A stretch of DNA of 64,000 bases from Trichodelitschia bisporula. Taxonomy: Eukaryota. This document shows, one piece after another, positions 37,963-51,616 of the stretch; positions within the stretch are counted from its first letter, which is position 1; each line of letters opens with the position of its first letter. A program made the translations under genes and the position numbers. The notes under the pieces are model-generated. The model was given only the letters and a program-made list of their open reading frames with translations, ran no database searches and had not been told where the DNA came from. The stretch is from positions 755,933 through 819,932 of the forward strand of contig ML996692.1 in the NCBI GenBank assembly GCA_010356995.1. The letters run 5' to 3'.

Positions 37963-38536
37963 TGTGCCTGATTTGGTGTCTTGCGGCGAGTCGGGCAAGA
38001 GGGGAAACTCGATCTCGCCGCTGTCGTCGAACAGCGGATCTGCGGATTCAGAGGCGAATTCCCAGCTGGATGAAAAGGGTGAGTTGGAGTTGGGCTTTGC
38101 GCTTTCGTTCTTCTTGTGCCTCGAGAACCAGAGATCGGGCTCCTTCTCTTTCCTGAGAGCGCCGAAGGGAGATGGCCACGGTGGTTCAAATGCGCCGGGA
38201 GTGGCTACGGGAGTGCTGTCGGAGGTTGAGGCTCGTTCTCTGTCAGATGGAGAGTGGCAGAGTGGCGGAAGCGGCGAATGCTGGGGGTGAGTCGACTCCA
38301 GCTTGGATAATTGCCGACGGAAACAGGAGGCCTGGAATCGGAGGATGAGCTAAGCCTTTGGATATTCCTAATGTGACGGCTAAGAAGGGTTCCAAAGCAA
38401 GGCTTCGGGTACGCCAAGTAGTGTGCACGCGTGCGCGAGCGTAGGTATTCGCAGTAGTGTAGAAGTAGTACGTTGAACGGCGTTGGCGCGCTGGCAGCCG
38501 TTAGACCAGTGACAGTGACGGCGGTGGACCTCGGCG

Positions 38537-38616
38537 NNNNNNNNNNNNNNNNNNNNNNNNNNNNNNNNNNNNNNNNNNNNNNNNNNNNNNNNNNNNNNNN
38601 NNNNNNNNNNNNNNNN
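38537..38616. other. Assembly gap (N run)
   Basis: Run of N characters. Confidence 1.
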
Positions 38617-39295
38617 GGGCGCTGTTTAGTATATGCCTGGGCGGGGGAGCTCGGGCAAACGCGCAGCGGGACGAACGATGAGTGGCTAACTTGAGGCGGC
38701 GGTCGAGGAGCGAACAATTGAAGAGGCACAGAAAGGGTACGTAGAATACGAGTAATGTGTGAGGGAGAGGAAGAGTGGGGGTCGCAGGTTTGGGGATTGG
38801 ATGGAGCAGTACATACTTTTGTCTTCGGTTTTCCCTTTCGATAGATAGAAAAAAGCGTTAAGAATCGGGGTGATAGAGGCGGCGATGGTGAGAGTGATGC
38901 GGGGAGTACAGTAGAAAGCGAGGATGAAGAAGAGAGATGTTGAGGTTGGTGGTTTGAACGGGGACGGATGGACCTTTTACGAGGTGTGTGGGAAGCCGAA
39001 ACGCGGCTAGTAAATAGGGTATCGGTGCAACTCTAGTGACGACAGATAGTTTGCCGACCGATGAGCGCCCCAAGGGACTGAATGGTTAGACAAGAGGCGA
39101 TCCCTCCGAGTCCGATTGTTGATAGGGAAAGCTTGTGGCGGGGTTTGGGGTTTGGGGAGATGATGATGTCGGCTGGATGGTGGGGAGAGTTCGGGACGAG
39201 AGACGCGCCAACCGATGGTCTCCTCTAGATAGGACCGACGCGGATATAGATGGCAGGTAGCGTATGCGAGTGAGGGGATTGTACTGTACTGAGTT

Positions 39296-39370
39296 CCTCT
39301 CTATCTCTCTCTCTCTCTCTTTCTCTCTTTCTCTCTTTCTCTCTTTCTCTCTTTCTCTCTCTCTCTCTTC
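39296..39370. repeat. Imperfect (CT)n/(CTTT) microsatellite
   Basis: Directly visible pyrimidine dinucleotide tract. Confidence 0.9.
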
Positions 39371-41423
39371 CTCTTTCGTTACCGCTGTGTCTGTCGGCTC
39401 GATCACGGGTTTGATGACAGCTAGAAGAGTCACTACTGCCTGTTCCTCTTGCCTCTTTCTCTGTACCAGTAGTATTGCACCTTTCTGTCGAAACACCCGT
39501 CACTACTACCTGTTTAGAGACCCTCTCATCCCATTATATAATCTTCCCACTTCTCCGTCTCTGTCACTTCTCATCCCTCGACCCCTTCTCATCTCCTCTC
39601 CATCTCCTTCAGCTCATCGAGTCCCCCAATTCACCCCACCTCTCAAGCACGAATGCTTCACAAAACTCCCCCACCATGACTCCTCAAGAAGCCAATCCCG
39701 TCCCATGTCGCCCATCCCTCTACCCTTCTACCCTTGGAGGCGACGCTAACGCCACTTAACTACCATTCGTCCACGCCCTTTCGACCGATTCCCGTTCACT
39801 AAACCATAACTCGCAGCGAATCCACAGCCGGCCCTCCCTTCCTAACAACGTGCGTGCAGAAGCGCGGGATGCGAGACGAACACTGAGACACTCACTACCC
39901 TCCTCACTTTCACCTCATGCCTCCTTGAGTTCCATCTCAATACATATGAACTCGAGGGCTGCTAGCTTCGATCGTGTTCCCGGCCTTCTCCCTCACATAC
40001 CAACCGACTCACCCAAACCCTGAGAGCTACAGGAAGGGAAGGGGCTCTAAACAGTGGCAAGTTAAGCCGGGTTCAACCTCCTACACCGACTACCGCGCGA
40101 CTTGGGCCGGGGGACTCATTGGTCCACCTTTAACTGAAGACGAGCTAACATCAATGCTTTCGGCCTGGCGGCCTCTGTAATTCGACAGGGAATCCACGAC
40201 AACCCGGATTCCTTCAGATCTGCCTTCATACCCTGGCAACCCGGCTCATATTGTTTTGCATGTGCCGTTTGTTGTCGTCTGTCAGCAAGATGTTCCTGTT
40301 GTCTTCCCCTTCCAAGCTGCTAGCCTCGAGGCCAACATCGACCGATTGATATTCGGCATCCAAGATAGGGACATGCAGCGGCAAGCAGCGACCCGTCCAT
40401 CAAGCTGGTTTTGCCGAAGAATGTGGTCGGAACGCCGTTTCACCCTGATTTGAGCCAAGCAGTGATATGGTTGGCAGCGAGCCCCTTCCGTGCACCCGCG
40501 GGCGAGCAAGTAATAGCCCTTGAAGAGAGAGGGAGGGCGAGAGGGAGAAGGAGAGTAGCGGTGGGATGGTTCGACACTTGACAGCCCACAAGGCCCGGGG
40601 TCGCTGTCCCGTAGCACAGGACGTCAGCTCGCCCATCCGGCCGCCTTCTCCGCTGCCTGGCGCGCACTCTTTCCGCATCTACGGGTAAGCTTGTTTTCCA
40701 GGCTTGCCACACATTCCTTCCAGAAGCTTTTCCCGCACGTGGGCCCGATCCACCTCGTGTCGCAGCGTTGAGGTTTCGCTAAGCCAGCACGGCCTTCTCT
40801 GGGGATGGGGAGGCAAAAAACCTCCTGGTCCCACAAGGGGAGCCAGTCTGTGCGAGAATGCTGTGTTACCGGCGCCGCTGCAACCCACAGCCTTGTAAGT
40901 CTCAGGGTGGTGGGGGGGGGTTGGATGGGACTAACCCCCCTGTCCCGTCAGAACCCCTCCATATATCCATGGAAACAGGCCTACCGGTACAGATTTCACA
41001 TGGAAGTGTCAAGCGGGTAGCTACACGCCGTTTCGCCTACAGCACACAATAGCTGCAATTGTCCGCACCCTGATAGCCGGCGGCTTTCACCTTTGCCTTA
41101 TCGCTTGTTCCATGGCACACCGGCACCATTCTACCCCTCCGCCGTAGGTCCCTCCGGGCTCGGGGAAATAGAGGGCTAGCCTCGCCGCGAACCGCCGTTA
41201 GAGTAGCAGACACGCGGATCCTTGATCGTCTTGGGCGCTTCGCGCAGCGCTGGGGAACCCAACCGCCCAGTAAGGTAAAGTATTGATCTACGACACGGCT
41301 CTCCGTAGGCTGTGCGATGACGGCACTTTGCGAATGCCGCAATTCCCCGTCCTCGGTCCGTTTACCTTTAAGTTTGGCGGAGAGCGATGACGGGCGGCCT
41401 GTGCGCGATTGGTATTCCAGACT

Positions 41424-41457
41424 GGGTGCTGGGCGCTGGGCGCTGGGCGCTGGGCGC
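41424..41457 (+). repeat. Heptamer tandem repeat (GGGCGCT) x~5
   Basis: gggtgct gggcgct gggcgct gggcgct gggcgc. Confidence 0.9.
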
Positions 41458-42897
41458 GGCGGCGGAGCTCTAATGATTCCACAAGGCTGCCCCTCGCGCC
41501 ACCCGGAAGGAAGGCCTTCGGGTGCGAGGTTTCACGGACATGATTCTCATCCCAAACATCGTAGCGCTCAAAAGGGAGAAATGCCGAGCACGAGGACCAG
41601 ACCTCCCCCCAACGGGCCAGTCCAGTCCCCGGAGATTTATCGGCAAATGCCACCCTTTCAAATCCACCAACCACTCAACATTCCAGAACTAACAGGCAGC
41701 ACGCTTCGAGCGGGTCAACGCCCGCGGTCCCCTACCGTACTACACTACCGTAGTAGGGCCCAACCTCCATCCATCAAATACATCAGTCATCGACCATGCA
41801 CCCATCTCCCCGCCAATCCCAAGTGGGCCCGTTGGCTCCCAACCACGCCGTCGCGGGCACGAAGACGCGGCCGCTTCGCAACGGCCTCGGCGTGAAGCCG
41901 CGCTAGAAGGCAGGTTACCCGAACGACAACAGCGTGTGCCACACGACGCGCTTACTGCATGTACAACGCCTGCTGCTGCTACTGCTGCGCTCTGACGCGG
42001 TATAGCTGCGCTCCTCACCTGCGGGCCGGATCGCACACGACTCGCGGCCTGCATCGGGTCCGCGCGCTGCTGCTCGCTTCCGCGATATTGGAACCCGGCA
42101 GGAGCCGTGCCGCGCTCGTTGGCGCGGGTGGCTGGGCCGCGATGGCACGGTTGGGAACGTCATTCGGCAACTGCGCGAGAGAACGATAATCGTGCTTCGG
42201 AGGGTGGGAGGAGTCTCGAACGGTACTCAGTACTGGAAACCCCGAGCTGCGAACCCCTGCAGGGTCATTGGGCTGCAATGCGGCGGATTGCCCGCCTCCG
42301 ACCGGGTGCATGGCCTTGGGGACGAGGCGTGTGGTCACGAGGGCTGCTGTGTACATAATGCGCCGGCCGAGAGATGTACCCGTGGTAATTTGTACTCACA
42401 CCGCATGTCTACGGTACGGCAAGAGTCAGGGCGCCTTGGCGATATGTGGGGGTTTGAGAGGCAGGGTGTCACGTGTGTGTTGCCGGTAAGGGGACGCGGC
42501 CGGCTATTATGTCAATTGAACGCCTACCGGAATGTCCCGAGGTGCAGGATGGGGAGCCTGGGAGTGCCGGGTCGGACTATGCGGTGCGGTTTGCCGCGGA
42601 CGGCGGGGCGGCGGCCCGATGGATTACGGCACGGGAGTTGATGTGCGATGCGGCCTTCTATTCTCGGGCTCAGCCTCGGCCCCATGATCTCATGCTTGCC
42701 ATCTCAACTGCACTTGTGGCTGAGGGCCGCTGCAGGGCAGCCAGGGTATGTGACTTCTTGGATCGCTACGGCGATGAGACGTGTCCGTGGTTGAGCGGGG
42801 GCTGTTTCTTCGGCATAAAGCGGCAGCGGAATGACGCAGTGCATTCGAACGCTACCGACCGAGATCGACTATTCATCCCACAACCCCTTTCCCCAGC

Positions 42898-45800
42898 CTA
42901 ATCCTCCTCCGTCCCCTCCATCCACACCCTCGCTACCTCCTCCGCCAGCGCCAGCCTCAACACACGCAGGACCTCCTCTCCGCGCGCATCCCGCTTCAAC
43001 CCCTTGCGCCAATCCCACCCCCGCTTCACCTCGCCCCCAACCAGCACGCCACTCCCCTCCGACCCCTCGGCCGTAGAGTTGAGCATCGAACTCCCAACCA
43101 GGCTAAACGTCGTCGAGTTCGTGAGACCACTGGTGGACTTGAGCAGCGAGCGCGGCGACGGCGCAGAGCTGCCGTGTGCGTTGGCTAGGGTTGAGATTAG
43201 CACTTCTTCGCATTGCGAAGTGATCCGCGGGCCGACGGTTTCGAGGTCCTCGACTGCACGGAGCAGGGAGAGGATGTGCGTCGGGGTGAAGGCGCGGGGT
43301 TTGCCTGGGGGGTTAGCTATCGTTGGGGTGGGTAAGGGTAGGACGAGACGTACCTTTCAGCAGGGGGAGTGCTTCCCCGAGGAGCACCAGCAGGCAGTCG
43401 ACCTCGATGACCACATCGACCGTCTCATCATACAACCCGCCCTTGATACTATCCCCCGCGCTATTAATAACCGCAATAAGCGCCGCAGCAGCCGTCTTCT
43501 TCCGCGCCATCACGCGGTTCACACTCTTCGGCCCCGATGGCGAATAAATATCCTCGTCACGCAGGTCGTAGAACCGGCGCAGCGTGGCATAGCCGCTAAG
43601 GTAGCGCGAGATCTGCTCTGCGGCCTGCATGTCCGCCGTCGCGAGCTGGGTGATCGTCTGCTTAGGGTCGGAGATGAAGGCCTTGAGGCGCGGGTCCAGT
43701 TCTGCCTGTGGAGGGTAGGCGGCGGATTGCACGAGGCACAGCGAGGTCAGGATGTCGAGCACATGCTTCATCTTCTTCGGCTTGTGGGCGCGGGCGTAGT
43801 AGAAGAGGGCATCGCCGTAGCGCGTTGTGCGCTCCGTGATGGTGTCGGCGTAGCGCTGGGATGGTTAGCTTGCGTTAGAATCTATCGTGTGTTGCCTTAC
43901 CTCGGCGATTGTGCGCGCGTGCTTGGTGAAGCCCATGCTATCGCAGGTCTGGAGCAGCCTGTCCGCCTGGTCGTTGGTGTCGAGGGGTATCCGCTCGAGC
44001 ATCTCGGAGACCTTGGCCTCGGCAGTCTCCATATCGTCCAACCGGCTCAAGATGTTGATCGCAAGCTGCCAGCCGGCAAAGCCCTGATGCAACACATCCT
44101 TGCCAGGGTCAGACTTGGAGAAGAGCGAATCAGCATACTTCAGCAGCATCTCGTCCTTGATGCTCCGCTTCGGACCGTCCTGTCCAAAACTCAGCACCAT
44201 CAGGTCACTCTGGTCGAATCCACCCATGCCATGAGCGGGAGACTCCGTAAGCAACCCAGCTGCGCTGGCGAGCTCTGCAACAGCAGTCGCAATGGTCATT
44301 GACCAACTCTGTAGGATGCCGAGAAGGCCGTCCATCTCGTCTTTGATGACGCAGGCAATCCCAACTTGGAGGTGATCAGTCCGGTCAAACGTCCCATTCA
44401 GCTCCCCAAATGACACCGCATGGTCAAAAGCCGCAGACAAATGCTCGCGATAAGCCAGGGCGGGCGTAACATCCGACACCCGGCTCTGCTGCGAGCGATT
44501 GAGCGATCGACCCAGAGGGCTCATTGAAGCGGCATCCTCCTCGCCGCTCCACCACACAGCCAGCGACAGTGCACCGTCGAGCCAGCTGATCGAGGACTTC
44601 AGGACATCGCTGGGGTTGCCGAGGAGTAGGCTGTACAGGTCGATCAGAGAGCTGGAGATTTCGAAAGGTACGTTGCTCTCGGCCCTCCGACTCGCCTGGC
44701 TCACGCTGAGGGACGCCGGGTTCTTGCTGGTGCGGAAGATGCTCTTAGACATGTCCGCAGCATCTTCGCCGTTCGTGCCATCCGCAAATTTACGCAGACG
44801 GCTAGCTGCGACGCTGACGTCGTGCCGGAAGACCTTCCAACCCTCGCCCTTGACGTCCCAGTCGTCTACTGCCAGGGCGGGGCACTCCTCAATGAGAGCG
44901 ACAACTTCATTGATGACGGTGTCGATGTTTTGCAGTTGCCGATCGGTGTATTCGATCCCCTCGTCATCGCCATCAGAGTCTCCAAAGTTTGCGCCACGCA
45001 GAAACTTGAGGGCTTGCTCGAAACGGCCTCGAGTGATGCACATGTGAACCGCGTCCCAGAAAAGCGGACACCTAGAGTAATACGGGGCAAAATCTTCAGT
45101 CTCGTCTATGATGCCCGCGCTAGGATCATAGTACGTGTCCAACCAGTCAAGAAGAACCCGGGGAATCGGAACGCCGCTGTACGCCGACGCCAGTGACAGG
45201 GCCATGGACTGTCCGTCCATGAGACTACCGTTAAACGATTGCTCCTGACGCGCCTGGTGCGAGCTAGGGTAGTGCAAGTTGAGGAATAGGCTAGCCACGA
45301 AGTTGGCGCGTTGGATGTCCGGCTGCTCGGGGCTAGGACCAATATTTGTGTTCGACTCCGCATCGTCACGTTCCAGACGGCCATGACGGGCCCAGAGATG
45401 CTCGAGCTTCCCAGCAACTCTCGAGGCCGGAGGCAGATGATCGCTGGGCTTCGGGCTTTCCGTCAACTGCTCGACAATCTTTTCGGTTTCAACGATCAGC
45501 TCTTCCGAATCCTGGGGAGTGACGAGGGCACGGGCTGCAACGAGACCTCGCGCAAGCCCGGTGACGTCGACCGTGTCATGAGCTCCCTTGGACTGTCCCA
45601 ACCGTGACCGCTTGCCTCCCTGAACGGAGCCCTGGAAGTTGACCGACGACTGAAGCATATCATGATCCATATCATCTTCGCCCATGGCATCCTCCTCATC
45701 CTCTTCCTGTTCCTCTTCTCCTTCTCCATCGTTGTCCGACTCCCCCATAGCGTCGTCTTCTTCGTTCGAGTCCTCGCGCCGGCTCCGAGCAAAGAAGGGC

Positions 45801-46096
45801 GGGCTGCTGGGGAGAACGGGCTCGCGCTGGTATCTGCTGAACCCGGTTGTGGGGGCCAGGTTGCGTTGAAGGGCTGTACGACGGACGGGAGAGGACTGCG
45901 CCGGTCGGGGGTTGAAGTTGGCTGGGAGCTGGGGACTGCCGAAGTTGAACTTGGGCGGCGGGCCAGACGGCGTGAAGGAGGGCGGCTCGCGGAACGAAGG
46001 TGGAGGTCCGGCGGGCGTGGTTGTGGGATTGCTAGCTATCGACGAGCGGTAGTTTGGCGTTGAGGGCTCATCGGAATCTGCGGGTGCTCGGAACAT
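42898..46096 (-). CDS. NUP85: Nucleoporin Nup85-like
   Basis: MFRAP start with disordered N-terminus, LLDWLD..Y, FWDAVHMCITRGRF, YGDALLYYARAH, C-terminal RGWDWRKGL...LRVLRLALAEEV; two short introns (~43854-43899, ~43308-43353). Family assigned from memory of fungal Nup85 proteins. Confidence 0.75.
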
Positions 46097-46531
46097 TGTG
46101 GCGTGTTGATGGAGTGCGATGCTCTTTGACTTCAGGAAATCTTGCGTCTGGAACGCAAGAATCAGGTCAACAGTTATCACCTTAGTTGTCAGATAGCTCA
46201 ACCACCTTGCTGCGTCGGCGCAAGAGGTCCCTGAAATGAGGAAAAGTCGCGCAGTAGCAAAGTGGGTGAGAGCTCAATTGCGTGAAGGCTTTGTTGTCTT
46301 TGGGAGGCCAAGGTCCAGGATGTTGATGCGCGGAGTTCGCGACGCAAAGACCAACGCGCTTGGAGAAATGGAGCCTGGTCATGTGACTACTCGTATATAG
46401 ACAACCTCACGCCGGAATGCAGAGGCAAATATTCCGTCCCGCATGAAGCAATAGGTTTCTTCTTAAGTGAGAATGGAAAAACGCTCGCTAAACATTACAG
46501 GTTCAATTCCAAGCTCTATGTAGGTGTGCTG

Positions 46532-48821
46532 CTATCTAAAGACCACCACTACTATCATCACCGCAAAATGAAGTAACACCAGCCTGCTCCCCGACAACCC
46601 TACTCTCCCCGCCCCCGACTTGCTTGCACTCGGACTCGCACTAGGGCTAGGCTTGCCCGTAGTTGGAGTACTCGTTTCATTCCCCACAACAATATAGTTC
46701 CTGATCTCAGCAACCCCATCCAACACAGAGTTGAGCTGATCATCGGTACAAGAGGAAAGGCTCAGCACATAACATGTCGGCTCGGGTGGCGGTGGGGGCT
46801 CTTGCCTGACGGCTAGCGTGTCCGGCGCCCCCTTCGATGAATAAACGGTCCCGTTGGATACTGCAAGTGTTGATACGGTACCGGTGGCAATGTCGCGGTT
46901 GTTCATAACGCGCATGAAGATATCGTATGCGGCCTCGGGTTGGTAAGCTGGGACTTCGTGACCTGGCCTTTATGTTAGTCTCCACTTCAGCTGGAGGTAA
47001 GTAGACCATACCCGCTTGGAAGACACGAGTGAAGGACAGATTGCCGTATTGTCTAACCATGCCACCAATTTCTCCTCCCTCAGTCTTCATATCGGTATAA
47101 CCAGCGGCCTTGAAATTGGCTGCGCCTTTCCACGGTATGGCAGTGCTCACAGCCTCGCCTCCGTACCAGTTGCAGGCCTGAAATGACTGTCAGCTTCAGG
47201 TTGACCAAGGGCCGGATGGAGTATACATAATCCCGGTCGCCAAATACGAGTGCAACTTTGATACCCGCATCAAGAACTTTGGCGAGATCCTCAAGGTATC
47301 CACCTCGGGCATAGTCTCCCGTTTCTTGAAAAGCGCTGTAAACACTTTGCAAGGCGTCTGAATAGTTGACTGGTACTCCCAAGGCGCTTTGGACCCAATG
47401 CTGCGAGAGGAAGCCCAACATATATGGTGGTGGGAAAGGGTCTGAGAAAAAGAGTGAGTACGGCTCAACGAGCGCCAGTGATTGACATACCGGCAGCAGG
47501 CGCTGCGATGTCGTAGTAGTTCTTGCCCGAAAGTTTTATATACGGGAGTTCCACGGCATCTTGACAATAGTCACTCGCATCACTGCATGCCTTGTTCACC
47601 TCCTCATTCCCGCCTTGATTCGTAGGATCCTTCTCTGCGGCTAGGCGTTGGCAGGTTTTGATCTTGTCAGCGCACCCCCCTGGTTTCGTAAAGTCGTCCA
47701 TGGATTCCTTGTAGATGGTTTCGTTGATAGCCTCGATGCCGTAAGTGTTGTTGAAAGCCATTAATGGGTAGGACGGCTCCTGGGTCATTATGTCAATGCA
47801 ACCGTTGATTATTCCCAGCGTATCCAGGTGGATAGGGTGGTACTCGCTGGCATTTCCCTTGAGGGTACCGCTGGCAAGTTTCTCATTCTGTGTTTGGAAG
47901 AATGCGGTAAACTCAGGGCCATACCGTCCACCGTAGCTCTCGGTCCAGATGGAGACTCTATCATCGTTTGGCTTGTAGTCAGGAAACTCCTGGAAGAAAA
48001 CTTGAGCGAAGTGCCAGAGAGCTCGAGCTGCATTCGCTGTACTGTTGACGGTTGAGCTGGCGTCGTTGCTGGACAGCGTTCCGACGAGGAAGGTGGCGTT
48101 TTGCGTTGGAACCTTGCCGCCCGCAAATTCTTGCGTCGACACAGATCCGCTGGCGTTGTCAACAGTTCCATTGACCAGTTCGTCATAGCTGAATCCGGTT
48201 TGCACGGGTTGGTCGATATATCTACAAGGTCAGATTGATGCAGCGTCCGGCGAGCGCAAGGAGAACTCACAGCATGTTAACCTCCCGGTTCCACGACCAG
48301 GGGTTCAGTGTCGTCGAATTCGAATCATCCTTGACTTTGCACGGCCCATTCTCCTGCAACAATCCTATCATGGATGAAGAGCCCGGCCCCCCTGGACATC
48401 GTAATCAGTATCAGCATGCAGCCAAGGCGGGAGCACCTGTCGATCTTCAAACACCAAGACTTACCGTTCATCCATATCGAGAGTGGGGCGTTTGCTGGAT
48501 CTTTGCGTGACTCAAAGAACCAAAAGAAGGTGTTGATGGTGAAGTTTTGTTCCGTCTGTACGTCGTCTAACGTGCCTGCGGGGAGTTTGACGTAGCCGGA
48601 GAAGGACTTGACCCCGTCTGTTGTCTCGCAGATGTTGGGCTTCGGGTCCCGGTTATGCTAGGCCTCACCAAAACTTGGGACAGACACACCTCTTTGTATG
48701 AGAGTGAGATGCCGCTCACCACTCTTGAGTTGACCGTCTGAACATCTTCAGGCTGAGGTGGGAAGTATTGCGCCACCACAAGGCTACTTAGCAGCGCCAA
48801 GGAAGCCACAGCCTTCAACAT
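46532..48821 (-). CDS. Secreted serine carboxypeptidase (peptidase S10), probably GPI-anchored
   Basis: Signal peptide [38 protein letters not shown], nucleophile [29 protein letters not shown]-rich stalk and hydrophobic C-terminus; about six introns. Confidence 0.92.
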
Positions 48822-49805
48822 CGTCACCAAGAGGAAGCGGGGTAATGCAAAAAAAATGTTATGAAGAGAAGAAGAATAGGGGATTGCCCCGTATCTTGGG
48901 ATAAACGAGGAAGGACAGACTCAGTCCTCAGTCTCCTTATGAAACGAAGACGATAAGTCCAGAGGCGAGAGGGAGGAAGAAGAGGACGGTGAAAGCAGAC
49001 GCGGAGAAGCAGGCATAAGTGGAGAGTGTTTGTACTGTTAGCCTGGAGAACCTGTGCTACGAGGGTCATGGGCTCAAGCCGTCCTGCGGCGGGTGAGCCA
49101 TAGTGGTGGGAGGAATCTGGACGTGTGAAAGCGGCGGCCCGTTGGAAGGCCAGGGGAATAGAGTGCAGATCCGGCACTTGAGCTCTGCGAAGACCTATTC
49201 TTAGGCGGCGGATATTAGATGTCCGATGATTTCCCATCTAATCATTTGGGATGACGAACAGATGGCCAATTCATATGAAACGGGCAGTTGTGAATAAGGG
49301 CCGGGGGCTCCCCTTGCCGATCTCCGCGCACTCGGAGGCACAGCGGACGTTGGAAATAATCTGCCGTTGCTATGCACAAGGCTCGGCTCGTTGCCGTGGA
49401 CTTATGGATGTGTGGTGTTCATATGCCGTATTAGAATAGCACTGGCAGGCGTAGCTGCTAGCTTTCCATAGCAGAAAACAAGCAGTCATATGGATCAGCG
49501 TCAGATGCGAAGATAGTGTCTATGCCAGCCATAAACAAACACTCCACGATTAGATCTACATGTTAGCGGTAACAGAGTCTATAGCCCTCTGGCCCGCATA
49601 AACGCCCATGCCATGTACATGTAAACATTACCTCTCTCAGACCGTGCGCAGTGAAGCAGGATATCTCAGCAAAATGCCCGCCGCGCCATGCATGCCCATG
49701 CTAACCAGCAAACCTCCGCAACCTATCCCCTTTACCTTAGTCCCATCTATAGTAACTTGACAGTACAATACAAAGAAGAATATGTGCAACTGAAGCAAAG
49801 AAGTT

Positions 49806-51616
49806 TCAAGTCTGGACAGAGCGTCGGGGAGTGCGAGGAGGACTCGGTGGCAGCGGGACCTGCGTGGCGGACAGGGGTCGCTCCTTCCCATCGCTGTTGC
49901 CGTTGCTGTGAACCTGGACGAATCCTCCCAAACCCATCCGGCCGTACTCTTCGCGGATACTGTGCACCTCCTCCTCAGACGTCGCAGACTCTCCCTCCGT
50001 AAGGTCGGGCCCGAAGTTGCCGACCAGAGGTGACGTTGCCTGGTCGGTCATGATAGGTGGCCCCCGAATGCTCTCGGCCGTGATGCGCAGTCCCCCCTTA
50101 CGATCGCGGACCGGATTCCGAGGCGGCAGAGCAGGAGGCGGTGGCGGGCGCTTCTCCACCGTCACCAGGCGCGCCTTGGTGATGACACGCGGCGACGCAG
50201 CCTGCTTGACTTCGTGGATTACGGCTTCTTCGGCGTCGTCATCCGACTCCCAGCCGGTCACGGTGGCAGCTGTCTCTTGTCTCTTCACCCCCGGTTGAGG
50301 GGTACTCGTCTCCGCCTCGTCGACTTCCGGCTCCTCCGTCCCCTTTGTAGCTTCAGTCGCTATGCTCTTCGGGGTGGTGGGGACATCGAAATCAGTCTGC
50401 GTGGCCATATCGACCGAGATAGAATACCGCTCAACAATGCTTGTGACACTTGCGCGCCAGCTGCTGCGGGGGCTTCCGAACCTGCCGTCAATACTCTGAC
50501 GGTTGAATGCTCCAAACACAGGACTTGACGGGCTCGGGTTGAAAATGAACGAGTCGTGGGAAGCGCGGGTCTTTGTCCCCGCTTCTCGAATCTCGACGCC
50601 TTGCTTCTCCAGGGCGAGCACACCATAAGGATCCGGATCTTCCTTTTCGGGCACGCCAAATAAATGACCATCGTCAATCTCGAAATCGCTAGGCGCGAGA
50701 TCCTGTGTGAGCAGACTCTGATTGAGGTTCGTGTCGCCTTGAGCAGCCCGGATCGTCTCGATGAGTGTGTTGATCTCTCTGGGTGGGTGACGAGCCTTCC
50801 CGGCCAGGATATCGCCCACTGAAAGGCGCTCGCCATAGAACTTTTCGTTCTCGTCTGTCCGCTCGATGATGATAGTGCCGTCTACCTGGACTCCAGCGTA
50901 GAAACCGCGAGACTTTAGATACGTGAATATGGGCGCTTGGCGCTTGTGTACCTCACTCTCAAGGACTCCGCCGATCCCAACAGGACCGGCAACTGCGCTG
51001 ATCTCGCCCCCCACTGTACACCGCAGTTGGGAGAACCCCGCAACCGCTTCTGTGGTGTTGAGCACCATGACGCAATCGTAGATGTCGACACCGACTAGGA
51101 ATCCGAGGCCTGCGGTGTGGAGCAGGATGCCAGAAGGCGGCGACCATGATCCGTCGGGCAGGCGAGCTACGATGACGCCGCTACCACCGGCACCTGATAC
51201 CCAGAGACCAGTTCTCATGGTTGTGAAGATGACGAGACCTTTGGCATTTTTTATTACCTGCGAGGTTAGCCGTCTAGTCCCTAACTAGTTAATTGAACAC
51301 ACCTCCATCGGTATCCGCTTCAGAACTTTCTGTTTTTGCTTAGGGCCATCAGCGGGCTGCGTCATTACTTCCTCGTAGAAACCGTCCTCTGCTCAATCGT
51401 TAGCAAGATGCTTGTGACACCTTACACAACCCACTCACTGCAGAAGCTACGGAGAATACGCGCAGCCTTGTCCGATTCCTTATCCATGGTAGTTGGCCAG
51501 AAGGCTTCTGAACCAAGCTTGTTCGAGAGGCGATTCACAGGAGCACCAAGTTTGTCGGCCCATCCCCATACCTTGTCGAAGCCGGCCTTGCCGGAAGTTT
51601 TCGTTTTCGACCACAT
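49806..51616 (-). CDS. Ysc84/SYLF (DUF500) domain protein without SH3
   Basis: EAFWPTTMDKESDKAARILRSF, AKGLVIFTTMRTGLWVSGAGGSGVIVARLPDGSWSPPSG, YLKSRGFYAGVQVDG, proline-rich tail; two introns. Start may lie further upstream. Confidence 0.85.

Noticed and set aside
39000..42890. Telomerase RNA candidate in the long intergenic regions
   Set aside because: I found no TAACCCTAA-type template by eye; only a covariance-model search could exclude it.
43004..44302. 432-aa plus-strand ORF, and similar long antisense ORFs over eIF5B, noxA, P450, SFP1 and KIN4
   Set aside because: Shadow ORFs opposite well-supported genes, explained by GC-rich codon bias.
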